From Eledone cirrhosa (taxonomy: Eukaryota), in the NCBI GenBank assembly GCA_964016885.1, contig OZ024740.1, positions 147,870,001 through 147,934,000 on the forward strand: 64,000 nucleotides of DNA, given 5' to 3'. This document shows positions 1 to 12,659 of the stretch, one piece after another; position 1 is the first letter of the stretch; each line of letters starts with the position of its first letter. A program made the translations under genes and the position numbers. The notes under the pieces were generated by a model. The model did no database searches, was not told the origin of the DNA, and was given only the letters and a program-made list of their open reading frames with translations.

Positions 1-647
1 AGCCAGAGGTAAGTACAGACAAAAAAAATGAGAAATGGCATTTGTACTATGAGGCATTTGCTAGACTAATAGATAGGTAGAAGTTCAGAATAAATGTTAT
101 TTTTTAGTTGTCTGAAGAGGGTTTCAGTGGAGCTGTGTCAAGCTGCTAAGATGAAATGCTAACAAAAGGAACTGATTATTAACTAGAATACTTTGCAGAA
201 AATGGGAAAAGAATCACACTAATGTTCTTTCAGGCATAAGACATAGATGTTTATGCGAAATAAGCGAAAAAGTATAAATCGAAACTTTCATCCAAATATC
301 TCATGTTTCTCTGCATGGTTTGTCACTTAAATTAGGGACTCCATGTTAGTTAATAGCTTGGTCTACAATACTGGCATGGTGTTAGCTAATATGCTTTCCT
401 TTACTTTGAAGATAAGTCTTACATAGCTATCTTTTCACCTGGAATATATATACCCCAGTGCCAAATTTCCAACTTGTCCACAAATTGCTTAGCAGCTTGA
501 AAATTAACCCAGCTCCTTCATTCCAACCTCCACATTAATGCTATATTCATTTCTAAATAGTTAATGTTTGGTATCTACTTAGTCTTTTAATATCTATGGA
601 GTGTGAAACAAACAAAAAAGCAATATTGATTAGACTATATATATATA

Positions 648-934
648 TAGTTTATTTTAATTCATACACATGTGCAACCTTAGGTTTTGGGGTCTAGTTA
701 TGGCTACCACTGAATAGTGGAGTAGCTGTTCTAAAAGTGGCTTCTCTTGTCAGGTGCAATTGAACCTAATGAAGGAGGTCAGTTTTAGAATGGCTATACA
801 GTGGTAGCCATAACTGGACCCTGAAACTTGTGGTCATGCATACGTGTTATGAGTATGAACTCTAATATAAACTAAATAAGCTCTCGTACTAGATTGAGTA
901 TCTTTTTCCTTCGCCTTATTTCTACGGACACCCT
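648..934. mobile_element. Fold-back MITE with a CAGGGTG terminus
   Basis: 648-748 pairs imperfectly with 772-872 (e.g. AGTTATGGCTACCACTG / CAGTGGTAGCCATAACT). Ends ...CGGACACCCTG. A second copy of the right arm lies at about 44855-45040. Confidence 0.7.
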
Positions 935-935
935 G

Positions 936-978
<43 letters not shown>

Positions 979-3974
979 GCATAAACACAATCAGAAGATT
1001 ACATTTCTGAATCCTAGTTTTTGTTCAATCAACATTTAAGTTGACTATATACAGTGGATTGAGAAGAAAAATGTTTTGCACACACAAATAAAGAATATAT
1101 CAGACTCTACTCATTTTAACTGAAGGTTGTATTGAGTATTGCACCACAAAATAAATGCAGACACACATACAGGTTTCGTGGCTTGAGATATTAAGTATTA
1201 AAAGAAAGTTTGTTAAAAGCTTAAGCATATTTTGTGAAAGACCTAGTTAAAAAGGTACAATCTCTCAGTATATCCTTTCGTTAAAATGAAGGTTAAGATA
1301 ATGTAAATATTACAATAAAATGGAAGATGAATACTCAATTTGTCAATTAGAGTAAAAAAATATTCTAATTTCTATATTTGTTGAATAAAAACAAAAAAAA
1401 TTATTATCAGTTATATAGTTAATTTCTGGCTAAAGCAAACTCTTTTTTTTTTTTTGCATCAGGCAGCAAAACAATATTACAAATAAATGCAAAAACATAT
1501 CTGCAATGTGTGCAAAAACAGAACCAAGCATCAAATACTTAATACAATCCAAAAACCACATTTGATAAAATAATAGCTATTAAAAAATAGGATAAACCTT
1601 GAAAGATTTTCACACAAATTTAACATCAAATTATTTTCCAGCATATTTTTTAAAACAATACACCAAAGGGAACATATGCAAAACAGTCTTCATTGACTAG
1701 GGTTACAATGCTGACCAAGTTAATGTTTTCTGACTACATGTTGAAGGGCAATTGGCTTGTACCATCATTAGTGCTGAACTGCATCTAAAGCAAAGATACT
1801 TAACTTTAAGCAAGTGCCATATATGGGGAAATTTCACCAGTAGAAGTTAATGAAGCTTTGAACAATTAACAATTGTTTTGTTAACTTACAATGCTGAGTC
1901 CAAATTCTTATATGGGACTGAGCCATAGCAGGACTAATCACACCACAGCCTTGTTCCAATCCTACCACTACCAAATTGGACTTCATATTATAATGATAGG
2001 CTAGCTCCAAAACCTTTATTCCTTTCTACTTCTTAAAATATATTTTGTCATCTATTTGGATTTTTTTAAACTAATTGGATGCTACTAGTTTTTAGTAAAA
2101 TATCCTTTGTATTTTCTAGTGACTAAATAATGTTTGTTCTAGTTAATAATTTCTTTATCATATTACAAAATATATTTAACACATTGTGCATACCGTTAGT
2201 ACATTCTGTTTATCTGTACCAAATGTAGCATATATTTTATTTGCTGTATATATCTGTATCAATTGTTGCCTAACCTTTATTATGCTTTTATACATGTGTG
2301 TGTATAAATGTATGTATTGTATACTTCACTTTGAGGCAAGATAGTTGTATGGTATTTAGTAAACCTTTGCCAGCACTGTATAGAAAGTAATTTATCAGTG
2401 ATGCAAACCTGGTATGATTTCCATTTAAAGTTGTTGTTACTATCTGTTAATAGTCTTGAGAAAAGCATAACACTAATTTCCACATCTCTGCATACATGCT
2501 ACTCTATATAACAATTTGAAACCACCCTAATGTATCTTATCTGAGATGCTTACAATGGAATTATAGTAAGCTGTCTTTAACTGGATATGTTTTGAACTAG
2601 AAAAAAGTAAATCAAGCCTCAAGGCAACAATGTTTTGTGTATTTACACAAAAAAAAAAAAAATTTTACAATGTGGACATTTTTCTTTGTGACAAAAATAT
2701 ATGCACCAGAAATTCTTGAGAGTAAGTAAACCTAACAAGTCTAAGACAATTTGTTTATCCTGAGGCAGTCACACATTTACAAACTCTTTTCAGTCTTGAA
2801 GATTCAGCATGGCTAACAAAGAATTAATGCATATATTTTGAATAAATTATTTATGCATTGAAATATCTGTTGTGCATTGATTGAACAGCATATGCATCAT
2901 AATCGAAGTCAAGATGTAGAGGGAATGTGGAGTTACAACAGAGCCTAAATGTGGGCTGTTTAAGAAGGAAGTTTCTATGATACACTAGGTTAGTGAATGG
3001 TTATCTTAAAAAAAATAAAACAAAATAAAATAAAATAAATAAAACAAATCCAAAACAGCTAGTAAGTTGACAAATGCTGATGTTTATTTACAAGTTATGT
3101 AGCCTGTCAAGAAATATTAGAAAATATTTAAACTGGAACTGGTATAGTTTTTATAAACATAAAAGTAATCCAACTTCAAAACAAAGTTTAGTCAATCCAC
3201 ATTGTATCTGCGACACACACACACACACTAAATCATGCACAAACATTTTATTTTCTTAGATGTAGCTATACACACAAAACTTGCAGTAAAGGTTTAAACT
3301 GATACTCAGAATAATTAACACACTGTACCTTAATACATACATACTTGTAGCCATACATATATGCGTGTGTGTGTGTGTATATATATAGGATTTTTGTACA
3401 CATATGCATAATCTCAACTAAGGTGACATATACATTTATTTAAAATTGGGTTTAATCAATAATATCCATAAACCATATGGAATGTGAAAAATTGCATTGT
3501 CAATAATGAACAAATATGAAATCAAAGAATAAAAATGTTATATGCTTCTGTATGAATTTTTAAAAACAAAATTCTTTGTTTGCCACCTGTATGCTAATAT
3601 ATATATATGTATATATTCTCACCCCCCCCCCAAAAAAAAAACCACCACAGGCATAGAAGCATACATACTAACATTTACTGAGGATCCATATATTGTTAAG
3701 AAAACAGTGTCACAGTCAAGAGCATGTTTAGATACTGAGGTGCCAAATACAAACATCAAATTCATTGTACTGATATCTAATATATATTTGTAATATATTA
3801 GGAGTTGACAATTCAATTTATCAAGAATCTGAAGAAGTAATTATGGCTCTCGATATGTGTAAATGAAATACTAAATCATAGCACAGTTGTCTCCAAGTCT
3901 TAATAATTTTCATTATATATATTCTATGAATTTTATATATTAAATATATAATCACACACACACATACTTACATT

Positions 3975-4009
<35 letters not shown>

Positions 4010-4476
4010 GTATGCATATATGTACATATATATATATATATATACACACATTAACACTGAAGGAGCCAGCGATGCACTAATTCATATATTATGTACTACA
4101 CAAATACACATTATATATATATATATATATTGTATATGTATTGTAGTTAACAGAAAATATATCAGCAGGGTCAAATGGAGGAAATTTAGTGTACATCCTG
4201 TGTATCAGTATATTAGCAAATTTTTTGGGGCAATTTTACTTCAGAGGCAGACATCATACTTCGCAAATAAAAATTATTTATCTATATATTTTATTCTTGA
4301 CGTTTATCGTAAGATTGGGGTTTCCATAATAAATGACTGATGGAAAAATAAAATTGCCTAGTAAAGGTTGATGAATACAGGACAAGTTGAATTTCAAGTT
4401 CAAATATGGTAGAGCTTTTACATAGTGATTTTTGGTGTGCACTGCAACGTTCACATGAGTTTAAAAAATATAACTA

Positions 4477-4514
<38 letters not shown>

Positions 4515-4568
4515 AGGAAGGAAGGGAATAATAAGGAGGTTAAAATGAGGGGAATATAACAAAGTAAC

Positions 4569-4601
<33 letters not shown>

Positions 4602-5219
4602 GTTTATACAGAAATAAATACAAGTAAGATATCTCCTATGTCCATAACATGATTATATATATATGGTTAATATTTTTTTTATTCTTTCTTGTGATGTTGG
4701 GTGTGTTCTCTGAAATTTCAAGGTAAGATTGTGTGTTATATTGATGAAGTCGAGTTTCTTTCATTCACAGTTTGCTAAGAATGCAAACTGTTAGTTGTGA
4801 AATAGTTATTTGTCGAGAGGGGTAGTTTAAAAAAAATATATGAAAAATATGAAAGAAAAAAATTGCTGCAAAAAAAAAAAAATTAAATAAAATAATGTTC
4901 TGAAGGAAGTTGACAGAAAAATTGGAAATGTTTTATACAACATTGGAAACAAAAATAACATGAATTTTTCAGAATGATGTCCATAATTTCAACTGTTGTA
5001 TTAGACTGTCAACAGATGTATCTTTATAATCCTCTCAAGATATTGTAAGGAAAAGAAAGAAAGAAAGAAAGAAGAAAGCAAAATAAATGTCTTTGGTTCT
5101 GTTTCTTTGCTTTCTTTTTGTCTTTTCAAATTTTTGGTTTTCTTTCTTTATTTTTTCTTTAATAATTTTTTTTTAAATTGTTTTTTTTCTTTTATACAAA
5201 ATGTTGTTCTACTGGAGTT

Positions 5220-5483
5220 TTACATGAGTTCATCATCATCTTCATCCATTGATGGACTGACGGGATTTGATGACATCATGGGATCACCACTAACAGGTGA
5301 ACTGTCTTCATCCATAGCACTGCTACCGACAGAGGAGAAACCGTTATTGACTTGGTCCAAGAGCAAATCTGTATCAGATTTTCCACAAGGTGGTGTGAGA
5401 AGATCTGCAATGACTGCCAAGCTACTAGCATCATTAGGGAGACCTGTTGATATTCCATGAGACTTGCACAACATTTCCAAATG
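5220..5483 (-). CDS. MITF: MiT/TFE (MITF-like) last coding exon: end of leucine zipper and acidic/Ser-rich C-terminus
   Basis: Acceptor TTTTACAG|CAT at 5484/5483, phase 0. Encodes HLEMLCKSHG...DEDSSPVSGDPMMSSNPVSPSMDEDDDELM*, similar to MITF ELEMQARAHG and SPVGVTDPLLSSVSP. TAA at 5222-5220. Confidence 0.93.
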   Translation of the reverse strand, partial: HLEMLCKSHGISTGLPNDASSLAVIADLLTPPCGKSDTDLLLDQVNNGFSSVGSSAMDEDSSPVSGDPMMSSNPVSPSMDEDDDELM

Positions 5484-6010
5484 CTGTAAAAGAAAAGAAA
5501 AAATAATATAACAAATACAGAAAACCATCAGCAATGATATTCATACAAATAGTAGTTGTACTACTACTACTACTACTGTTGTTGTTGGACATAATAATGA
5601 TTTATTACATCAACATAAGACTATACATTTTATCAATCCCAGAGAGAAGAAAGATGAAGTTGACTCCAGTAAGATATGAACTCAGATTATAGAAAGACAA
5701 AACTAAATACTGTAAGACATTTAGTTATCCTTCTTGCCTTCCCATCATCTTTGCAATAAGAACATTTGCAGTCAAGTAGGTTTAAACACGGAAAGTTCTT
5801 CAAGTAACAAGCCTGGGTGTGATATTTTATAGAAGACCAGCAGTTTCACATGCATGCCGGTTACCTCTCTTCATGCCACTTACAGTGTCTATGGGAAAAG
5901 CAGAAGCTGATAGAACTTGGTAGCTTGAAATAAAGTGTCTGGCTAGCCAATCCACAAATCAAACTCAATGATCATGAACACAATACCTCAACCACTAGGC
6001 CACACAACTT

Positions 6011-6097
6011 TCATCATCATCATCATCATCACCATCACCATCACCATCACCATCACCATCACCATCACCACCATCACCATCACCATCATCATCATCA
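6011..6097. repeat. (CAT)n/(CACCAT)n microsatellite
   Basis: Direct reading. Confidence 0.95.
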
Positions 6098-7038
6098 ATA
6101 TAATGGTTTCTTATAAAGTCATTAATTTTGGTAGGAGAGAACCAATTATATCAACACTTTTATCTTATTGTCCTCAGTAAGTTAACCACAATAGGATTTG
6201 AACTATAACCAAATACCATGAGACATTTAGTCTGATACCCTAAGGATTCAGCTAATCCACTACCCTAATAATGATAATTCTTTTTAACATTGGCACAAGG
6301 CCAACAATTTGGTGGGATTAGAATGCAGGGCATAGAAATTTGTAATTAAATGCTGCAAAGCATTTTGTCCAACACTTTAAAATACTGCCTACCCAACATC
6401 CTTGCCCCCAAAATGATGATAATTGATTCTGACAGAGGCACAAGATCAATCATTTTGAGGGAGAGGGAAGTCAATTATATCAAACCTAATACTTGATTGG
6501 TACTTATTTTATTGACTCAAATAGAATGAAAGCCAAAGTTGACCTCAGTGGTATTTGAACTCTGAATATAACAAGTTGGAACAAATGTTTCAAAACATTT
6601 TGACTACCAACCAACTTCCAACTTATAAGTAGAAGTGATATAAATTATAAATAGAGTAATACAATACATAGGTTTTGGCAAGGTTAAGATAAACAATGAT
6701 GATGTTTTAGGTTCAATCACACTGCATAGAATTTGATACTCTATCATAGCCCACCCCAGAAAAACAAAACCTTTTCAGTGAATTTTGGTAAATTGAAACA
6801 GTATAGCCTGTCCTAGGAATCACTCTTGTTCTTGAGTGGTAGACTTAATCTGTTGCCTAGTTTAACACCATCACCTGGCCCTTGGGTGCCTTATCAGCCA
6901 CATTCTGTTGCAAGCATTGGAATTAAATTTCAATCTAAAGATAAATTTCTAACTTTCCCTCATCATTCTTAGAAGCCTTTCCTTCTCTGATTAGGCCATG
7001 TAAAAGATAAAAACAAAACATGGTAAATTTTAGCTTAC

Positions 7039-7186
7039 CTGTACTCTTAGCATAAGCTTTCTGTTGTTTGTCTCAGACAATCTATTTTTTTCTTCAAGGT
7101 TGTGCATTTTATCTTGATCTTTTCTAAGTTTTCTTATATAGTCCACGGAATTCTTTAAAATGGAACCTTTATTCTGTCGGGTGTCA
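7039..7186 (-). CDS. MITF: MiT/TFE exon: loop, helix 2 and leucine zipper
   Basis: TTTCTTTAG|T...GTACAG|GTAAGC, 148 nt. Encodes [49 protein letters not shown], compared with MITF [49 protein letters not shown]. Confidence 0.97.
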
Positions 7187-7844
7187 CTAAAGAAATAAAA
7201 TTATTAAATCAATAAATACAGAGCAGAAAAAATCTGGCATAATTATTTTTTCTTTATCTACCCCATTTTGAAAGATTTGCTTCTTGTGGATGCCCTCGTT
7301 TCTTTCTTGTCCTTTCCAAACCACTTATATGGCAATGAAAATTATATAATTTTCCATTGGAAGAATACATATACGCTTCAAACACCTCCAAAATAATCAC
7401 AAATACTTAATATATAATGATTTAGCCCAATGTCTGAACAATTATAAATTGATATCTCATTTTCTGGCAATGAAATGATCCAAACTGTATATTTGGCACA
7501 AATTAATACCATATCTCTTTGTGGTATGAAAATGTATGAGTGTTGTTTTAACTTACCATTTTCAGCCCAAATAATATTTTATGCAATTGCTTAATTCAAT
7601 GATGGAGCCAAAAGACCTAAGAATACTGCTGAGGTAGCTGACTAGTATTTGACACAAAGATAATGCCATAATATCCATTACTAAACCCATTACTCTAAGT
7701 TTACAACTAAGCCAAAGAGTATATAGAATCAAATGGCCAATAACAGTTTTTGTTACATGAAAGAAGTTTTCTGTTTAAATGAACAATTTCATGAATTTCT
7801 TTACTTTAACATTTGCCCATTAAATGCATTGAGAATTTACTTAC

Positions 7845-7920
7845 GGATCATTGTTCTTTGGTAGGAGTGTTCCAAGTTCCTTAATTCTGTCATTGATATT
7901 AAACCTTCGTCGCCGTTCAA
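7845..7920 (-). CDS. MITF: MiT/TFE exon: basic region and helix 1
   Basis: TTTTTTAG|TT...GATCC|GTAAGT, 76 nt. Encodes (I)[24 protein letters not shown](P), the diagnostic MiT bHLH sequence. Confidence 0.98.
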
Positions 7921-8099
7921 CTAAAAAAATCAAGGTCATAAATTTTTAAGTTAGTTTATCTATTGACGGAAGACTAATTTTGTAGAGGAGAAATAAAGTT
8001 GACAGAATTCATACTAATATAATATTGCTTTTAATCTATCAATCCTGGAGGAAGGCAGGGTAAATTCTATAAGGTGTAAATCATTTACATTGTTTTTCA

Positions 8100-8260
8100 T
8101 TGTGACACCTGCATGATCACTTTATAGGGTGGACTGGGTGCATGTTGAGGCATCACCAGCATGAACACTTTACAAGGTGGACTGGGTGCATTTTTGACGT
8201 GTCACTAGCATGACCGCTTTACAGGGTGGACTAGGTGTTTTTTATCATGTCACCAGTACA
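8100..8260. repeat. Tandem repeat of about 49 bp (3 copies plus a degenerate one)
   Basis: Recurring CATGA.C.CTTTA.AGGGTGGACTGGGTG...TCACCAG. Related units occur inside the SINE-like element at 10640-10780. Confidence 0.75.
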
Positions 8261-8562
8261 ATATATATGTGTGTATATCTATATATATATATGTGTTTGT
8301 GTATATGTCTATATATATATATGAGTGTGTGTGTTTATTTAAAACAACAAGAGGCCAGACTGGGAATATACCTTTAAAGTTTTAATGTTGCAAAAAACAC
8401 TAAGCTTTGGCCATTCAACTCCGTTCCTGCACTAGCCACTGGATTCAACATCAATGATGGTTGAGTTGCATAATGTAGAGTACTTTTTTTACTATTACGT
8501 CATGGTTTACTAACCGGAATGACAGTTCTAACCACTGGTAAACCACACAGCATAAATAGTAA

Positions 8563-9449
8563 CAGCGTGCGGACGACAGCTGTTCGCAATTTTCAACTGC
8601 TAATTTTATGCAAATTTTTTTTACTTCCGTTATCACTCTTGTCTTCATAAAAACAGTGACTATATTTCCATTATTTATTTTCAGAATAATTGATTATGAA
8701 TAATTTTGAACCTCCAAATTTGTAGAAGAGACACGGAGTTCTTCTTGGAATCCGCGCCGGGAGTACAAATAAGGAAATTTCAGACTTTCTCAGCGTCAGC
8801 AGGAGAATGGTGTCTCATTCAAAGACGTGCCCAGAGTCATGCAGACAAAGTTTCCAGCGACAACATTGGTCTTAGGTGTCGTCAGCAGTCAAGGTGACGT
8901 CATGCCACCTCACTTCTTCCCTGAGGGCCTGAAGCTGAACGCCGATGGCTACATCCGCGTTCTGAGCGAGGTAGTAAAGCCCTGGATTGACCAGGTAGCT
9001 GCAGGTAGGCCGTACGTGTGGCAGCAAGACTCAGCGCCCTGCCATACCAGCCGAAAGACCCAAGCCTGGCTGTCAGAGAACTTCGTCGACCACACTTCAC
9101 CTGACATCTGGCCTCCCAGATCGCCCGACTGCAACCCCCTTGACTTCTTTGTGTGGGGCGCAGTGGAAGGAGACACCAACAGATCTAGCTGCAATATGAA
9201 AGATGATCTGAAGGCCAGGATCACAAGTGCCTTTAGCGGCCTAAGTCGGGGGACAGTGACGAAGGCCTGTAGCCGGTTCCGAGGCCGCCTTGAGGCCATC
9301 ATCAAAGCCAATGGCGGGTTTATCGAGAGTGATCGAAAGAACAAGTCATGGAGACAAACTGACCCAAGTTTGATAAATATATCTTAAAAAGTAAAACTAG
9401 TGTTATTTTTTCCTAGACAGTAATCTTGCGAACAGATATCGTCCGCACC

Positions 9450-9452
<3 letters not shown>
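8563..9452 (+). mobile_element. Internally deleted Tc1/mariner-superfamily transposon, DD37D (maT) type
   Basis: 27-bp TIRs: CAGCGTGCGGACGACAGCTGTTCGCAA at 8563-8589 and the reverse complement of CAGGGTGCGGACGATATCTGTTCGCAA at 9426-9452 (3 mismatches). TA follows the right end. ORF 8827-9387 has QQDSAPCH...WPPRSPDCNPLD with 37 residues between the 2nd and 3rd Asp. The HTH and first Asp are missing. Confidence 0.92.
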
Positions 9453-9535
<83 letters not shown>

Positions 9536-10069
9536 ATGTTATATTCAATTTGTTGGAATGGGTAGGCAAGTAACCGGTGTAATACACTTCAAATCATCAA
9601 CATTTACTAGTGAAAAATCAAAAAGTTTAAGGTTGTCTTCGAGTTCATCATTATACAGAAATAAAGGCTTTCAGCATGGTAAAGAGGTATTTAAGGATTC
9701 TTCTGAGCAATGAATTACTCTCTCTGTGTTCTAATTCTTAAATATACTTCCTGAAGACAACTGAATAACAAAGTGTGTTTCATAGCCTGAGAACAGATCG
9801 AATTACAATATATAGAGAGTTGTATATGTATAGGTTACTATTAAATAGTTGTTAGATAGTTGCATGTCTGCTCAAACAGGGAAAGCCAGGATTATACAAG
9901 AGAGACAACTACATCTAGATTATATCCAAGACTACACTTCGACAATCTATATTATAGATATAGTATTATACTCCCAACCAGCCAATATACCACGATATAT
10001 TCATATTCATTATGACTAAAATAAAGAGTATAGATGACTAAACTATGAATGTAAATGGTATTGACTTAC

Positions 10070-10244
10070 TTAGATTGTGGTTATCCTTTTTCTGTCGGTC
10101 TTTTGCCCACTGTCTTGCCTCATCTTCATTGAGGAATTGTGGTGGATCAGCTGCCTTAATCCGAAAAGCATTTGGTACAGAGCTTATTGATTTATTATTG
10201 TCTGTATGTTGCTCATAGAGGTTCAAAACACTTGGTTGAGGAAG
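10070..10244 (-). CDS. MITF: MiT/TFE exon: pre-basic region and start of basic region
   Basis: TTTTCTATTCAAAG|CTT...CTAA|GTAAGT, 175 nt. Encodes LPQPSVLNLYEQHTDNNKSISSVPNAFRIKAADPPQFLNEDEARQWAKDRQKKDNHNL. The split codon A|TT joins to IERRRRF. Confidence 0.93.
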
Positions 10245-10422
10245 CTTTGAATAGAAAAGATAACAGATTATATAAATATATTGTGAATAAAGTTTATACT
10301 TTAAAATTGTATAATAGGTTCTCAATATCACAATTGTTACACTAATGTGCCATCACCTGGTTTATATATGTGTGTGTGTGCATGCTTGTGAGATTGTGTG
10401 TTCATAAATGTTCATAGATATA

Positions 10423-10502
10423 TAAACATTTACACATAACCTTCATATGATGATGATGATGATGATCATCATCATCATATGAAGGTTATGTGTAAATGTT
10501 TA
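10423..10502. repeat. Short perfect palindrome centred on (GAT)n/(ATC)n
   Basis: TAAACATTTACACATAACCTTCATATGATG...CATCATATGAAGGTTATGTGTAAATGTTTA. Confidence 0.9.
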
Positions 10503-10790
10503 ACATCTATCTTCCACGCTAGCATGGGTTAGACAGGAATTGTCCTACTTGAGGCAAGGTTGGTCGGGTGACCGTGTCTCGCTCGTATAGGACTGTTTGG
10601 CAGGTTCTCTACGGCTGGATGCCCTTCCTAACACCAACCGCGTTTACAGTGTGGAACTGGGAGGTTTTTATCGTGTTACCTACACGGCCACATTACAGCG
10701 TGGACTGTGTTTTTTTGTTGTGACACCTACCCAAACTCATTTATTTAGGACTGGATGTTGTGATACCAGCATAACTTTACAGAGAAAGGG
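10498..10790 (-). mobile_element. SINE-like element with an RTE-type 3' tail
   Basis: GTTTAAC.TC...TTCCACGCTAGCATGGGTT...GGCTGGATGCCCTTCCTAACACCAACC, shared with 46495-46650, 29258-29303 and, in reverse, 32620-32930. Confidence 0.7.
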
Positions 10791-11778
10791 TGGTGTTGGT
10801 GAGGTGGAGTAAGGGTAGTGGGATGGGGGTGTATATTTGGTTAAGAGGTGCCTACTGACTGTAAGTTTCGATCATGAATTTAATTTGATACATATTTTTG
10901 GGATAAGAATCATCTCAGAACATATGTATACACAATAGTGAGCAAATATTAACTGCCAATACTAGCATGGATTGAATGAGAGTATTTGGGCGCAGTATAT
11001 TGTATCTGGATGCTCTTCCTGACATCAGCCCTTGTTTTTTTATGTGAGTTATTGATCTTCACAAATTGCATGGCTGTACAATGATATTTATGTTTATGCA
11101 AGGCATAAATATACATTAACACATAGCCACACAGCTCTCTATCTCACTTAACTTTTGAAAATCATTTAAATGTGAAACTGGTAAAAGTTATTAATAAAAC
11201 TTCTTAAAGATTCAAATTCCATTTTCAACTTCTTTTTCCTACACACACATATATATAATTGAAAAACTTATATACCCTATCATCTATAGTGGTATTCTAA
11301 AATGAATGAACTAATTTACATATTATTAGCAGTCATATTGATAGTCTCATAGGTGATGCTGTCCACTTTTCCCATCTCTAGGGGCTTATATGTGCACTTG
11401 TTCAACTATTTTTTATAGTCAAAAACCTATGCCGAAGCAGCTTACTTTAAGCTAACACATATTCAAAAGTCATAATGTCCTCATTGCTTTGTGAAAATTG
11501 TGTGTGTGTATATATATATGTATTAAACAAACACATACATATAAATATATGCATAAAAATATGATGGCATATTTGTGTAAAGTAATTGATATTTATAAAC
11601 TTTCAGGCTAATTGTATATGTGTCTATTCACAACCTTAATACATGAACATTGTCTGAAATACATAGATATAGAATACATTTTGAGAAGCACATTAAAAAC
11701 ATTCATATTTCCATAATTATATATTAAAACAAGCAAAGCATTATCATTATTATATGAAAATAGTGACATGCAAAAAGC

Positions 11779-11835
<57 letters not shown>

Positions 11836-11836
11836 G

Positions 11837-11867
<31 letters not shown>

Positions 11868-12659
11868 TGAAAGAAAAAATGCAGGCAAATTTTTTACATC
11901 AGATTTTTTATTAAAGAAATATGTTATAGCCGTTAACTGTCTCTTTCTAGGGTCATTAGCCTTACATATTAAAACATTTGAAGCTAAGATGCTTCCAGAT
12001 ATCATTTACTGAAAACATACCATAAAATCCTTCAATAAATATAAAATACCCAATATGATAAATTAGTGAACTAAAATACACCTCAAAACCATCCTCCAAC
12101 CAAACACACACATATGCACACAATTATCACAATGTTCTTCCTTCTACAAGTATGTATATACATGTATCCTCCTCATTGTCTTCCTTGTACATCTGTTTTC
12201 CAAGCAGGTATGGGTTGGATGGATTTTAAAAACCTGAATCAGTTCTTATTTGGAGTTACTCTCTTCTTAGGTAAGTCAGACAACCACATCTTTTGCAGAC
12301 ATTTCACACTCACAGATACATGCAAAGACATATTTATGATGGAGGATCACCCAATCATGCAAGCTTGGGAAAACAGCTGTAAAAATGTTGATGGTGGTAG
12401 TGATGGAGATTAGGTTGCATAATATATATATATTCACATATATACATATATATACACACATACATACATATATATACACACATACATACATACATACATA
12501 CATACATACATACATACACACATACACACAAATATATATATATGGGTTCTTCATATAGTCTCTATACCCCACTCTCTCCCTCTCTTCAATGCCCTCTCAT
12601 CTATCAATCACCCTCTCTCATGTCAAGATGCCTCTCTCCCATCACTTTTCTCCATGTAA

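Noticed and set aside
5107-5460. Plus-strand 117-aa ORF
   Set aside because: Antisense shadow of the MITF last exon plus a T-rich tract.
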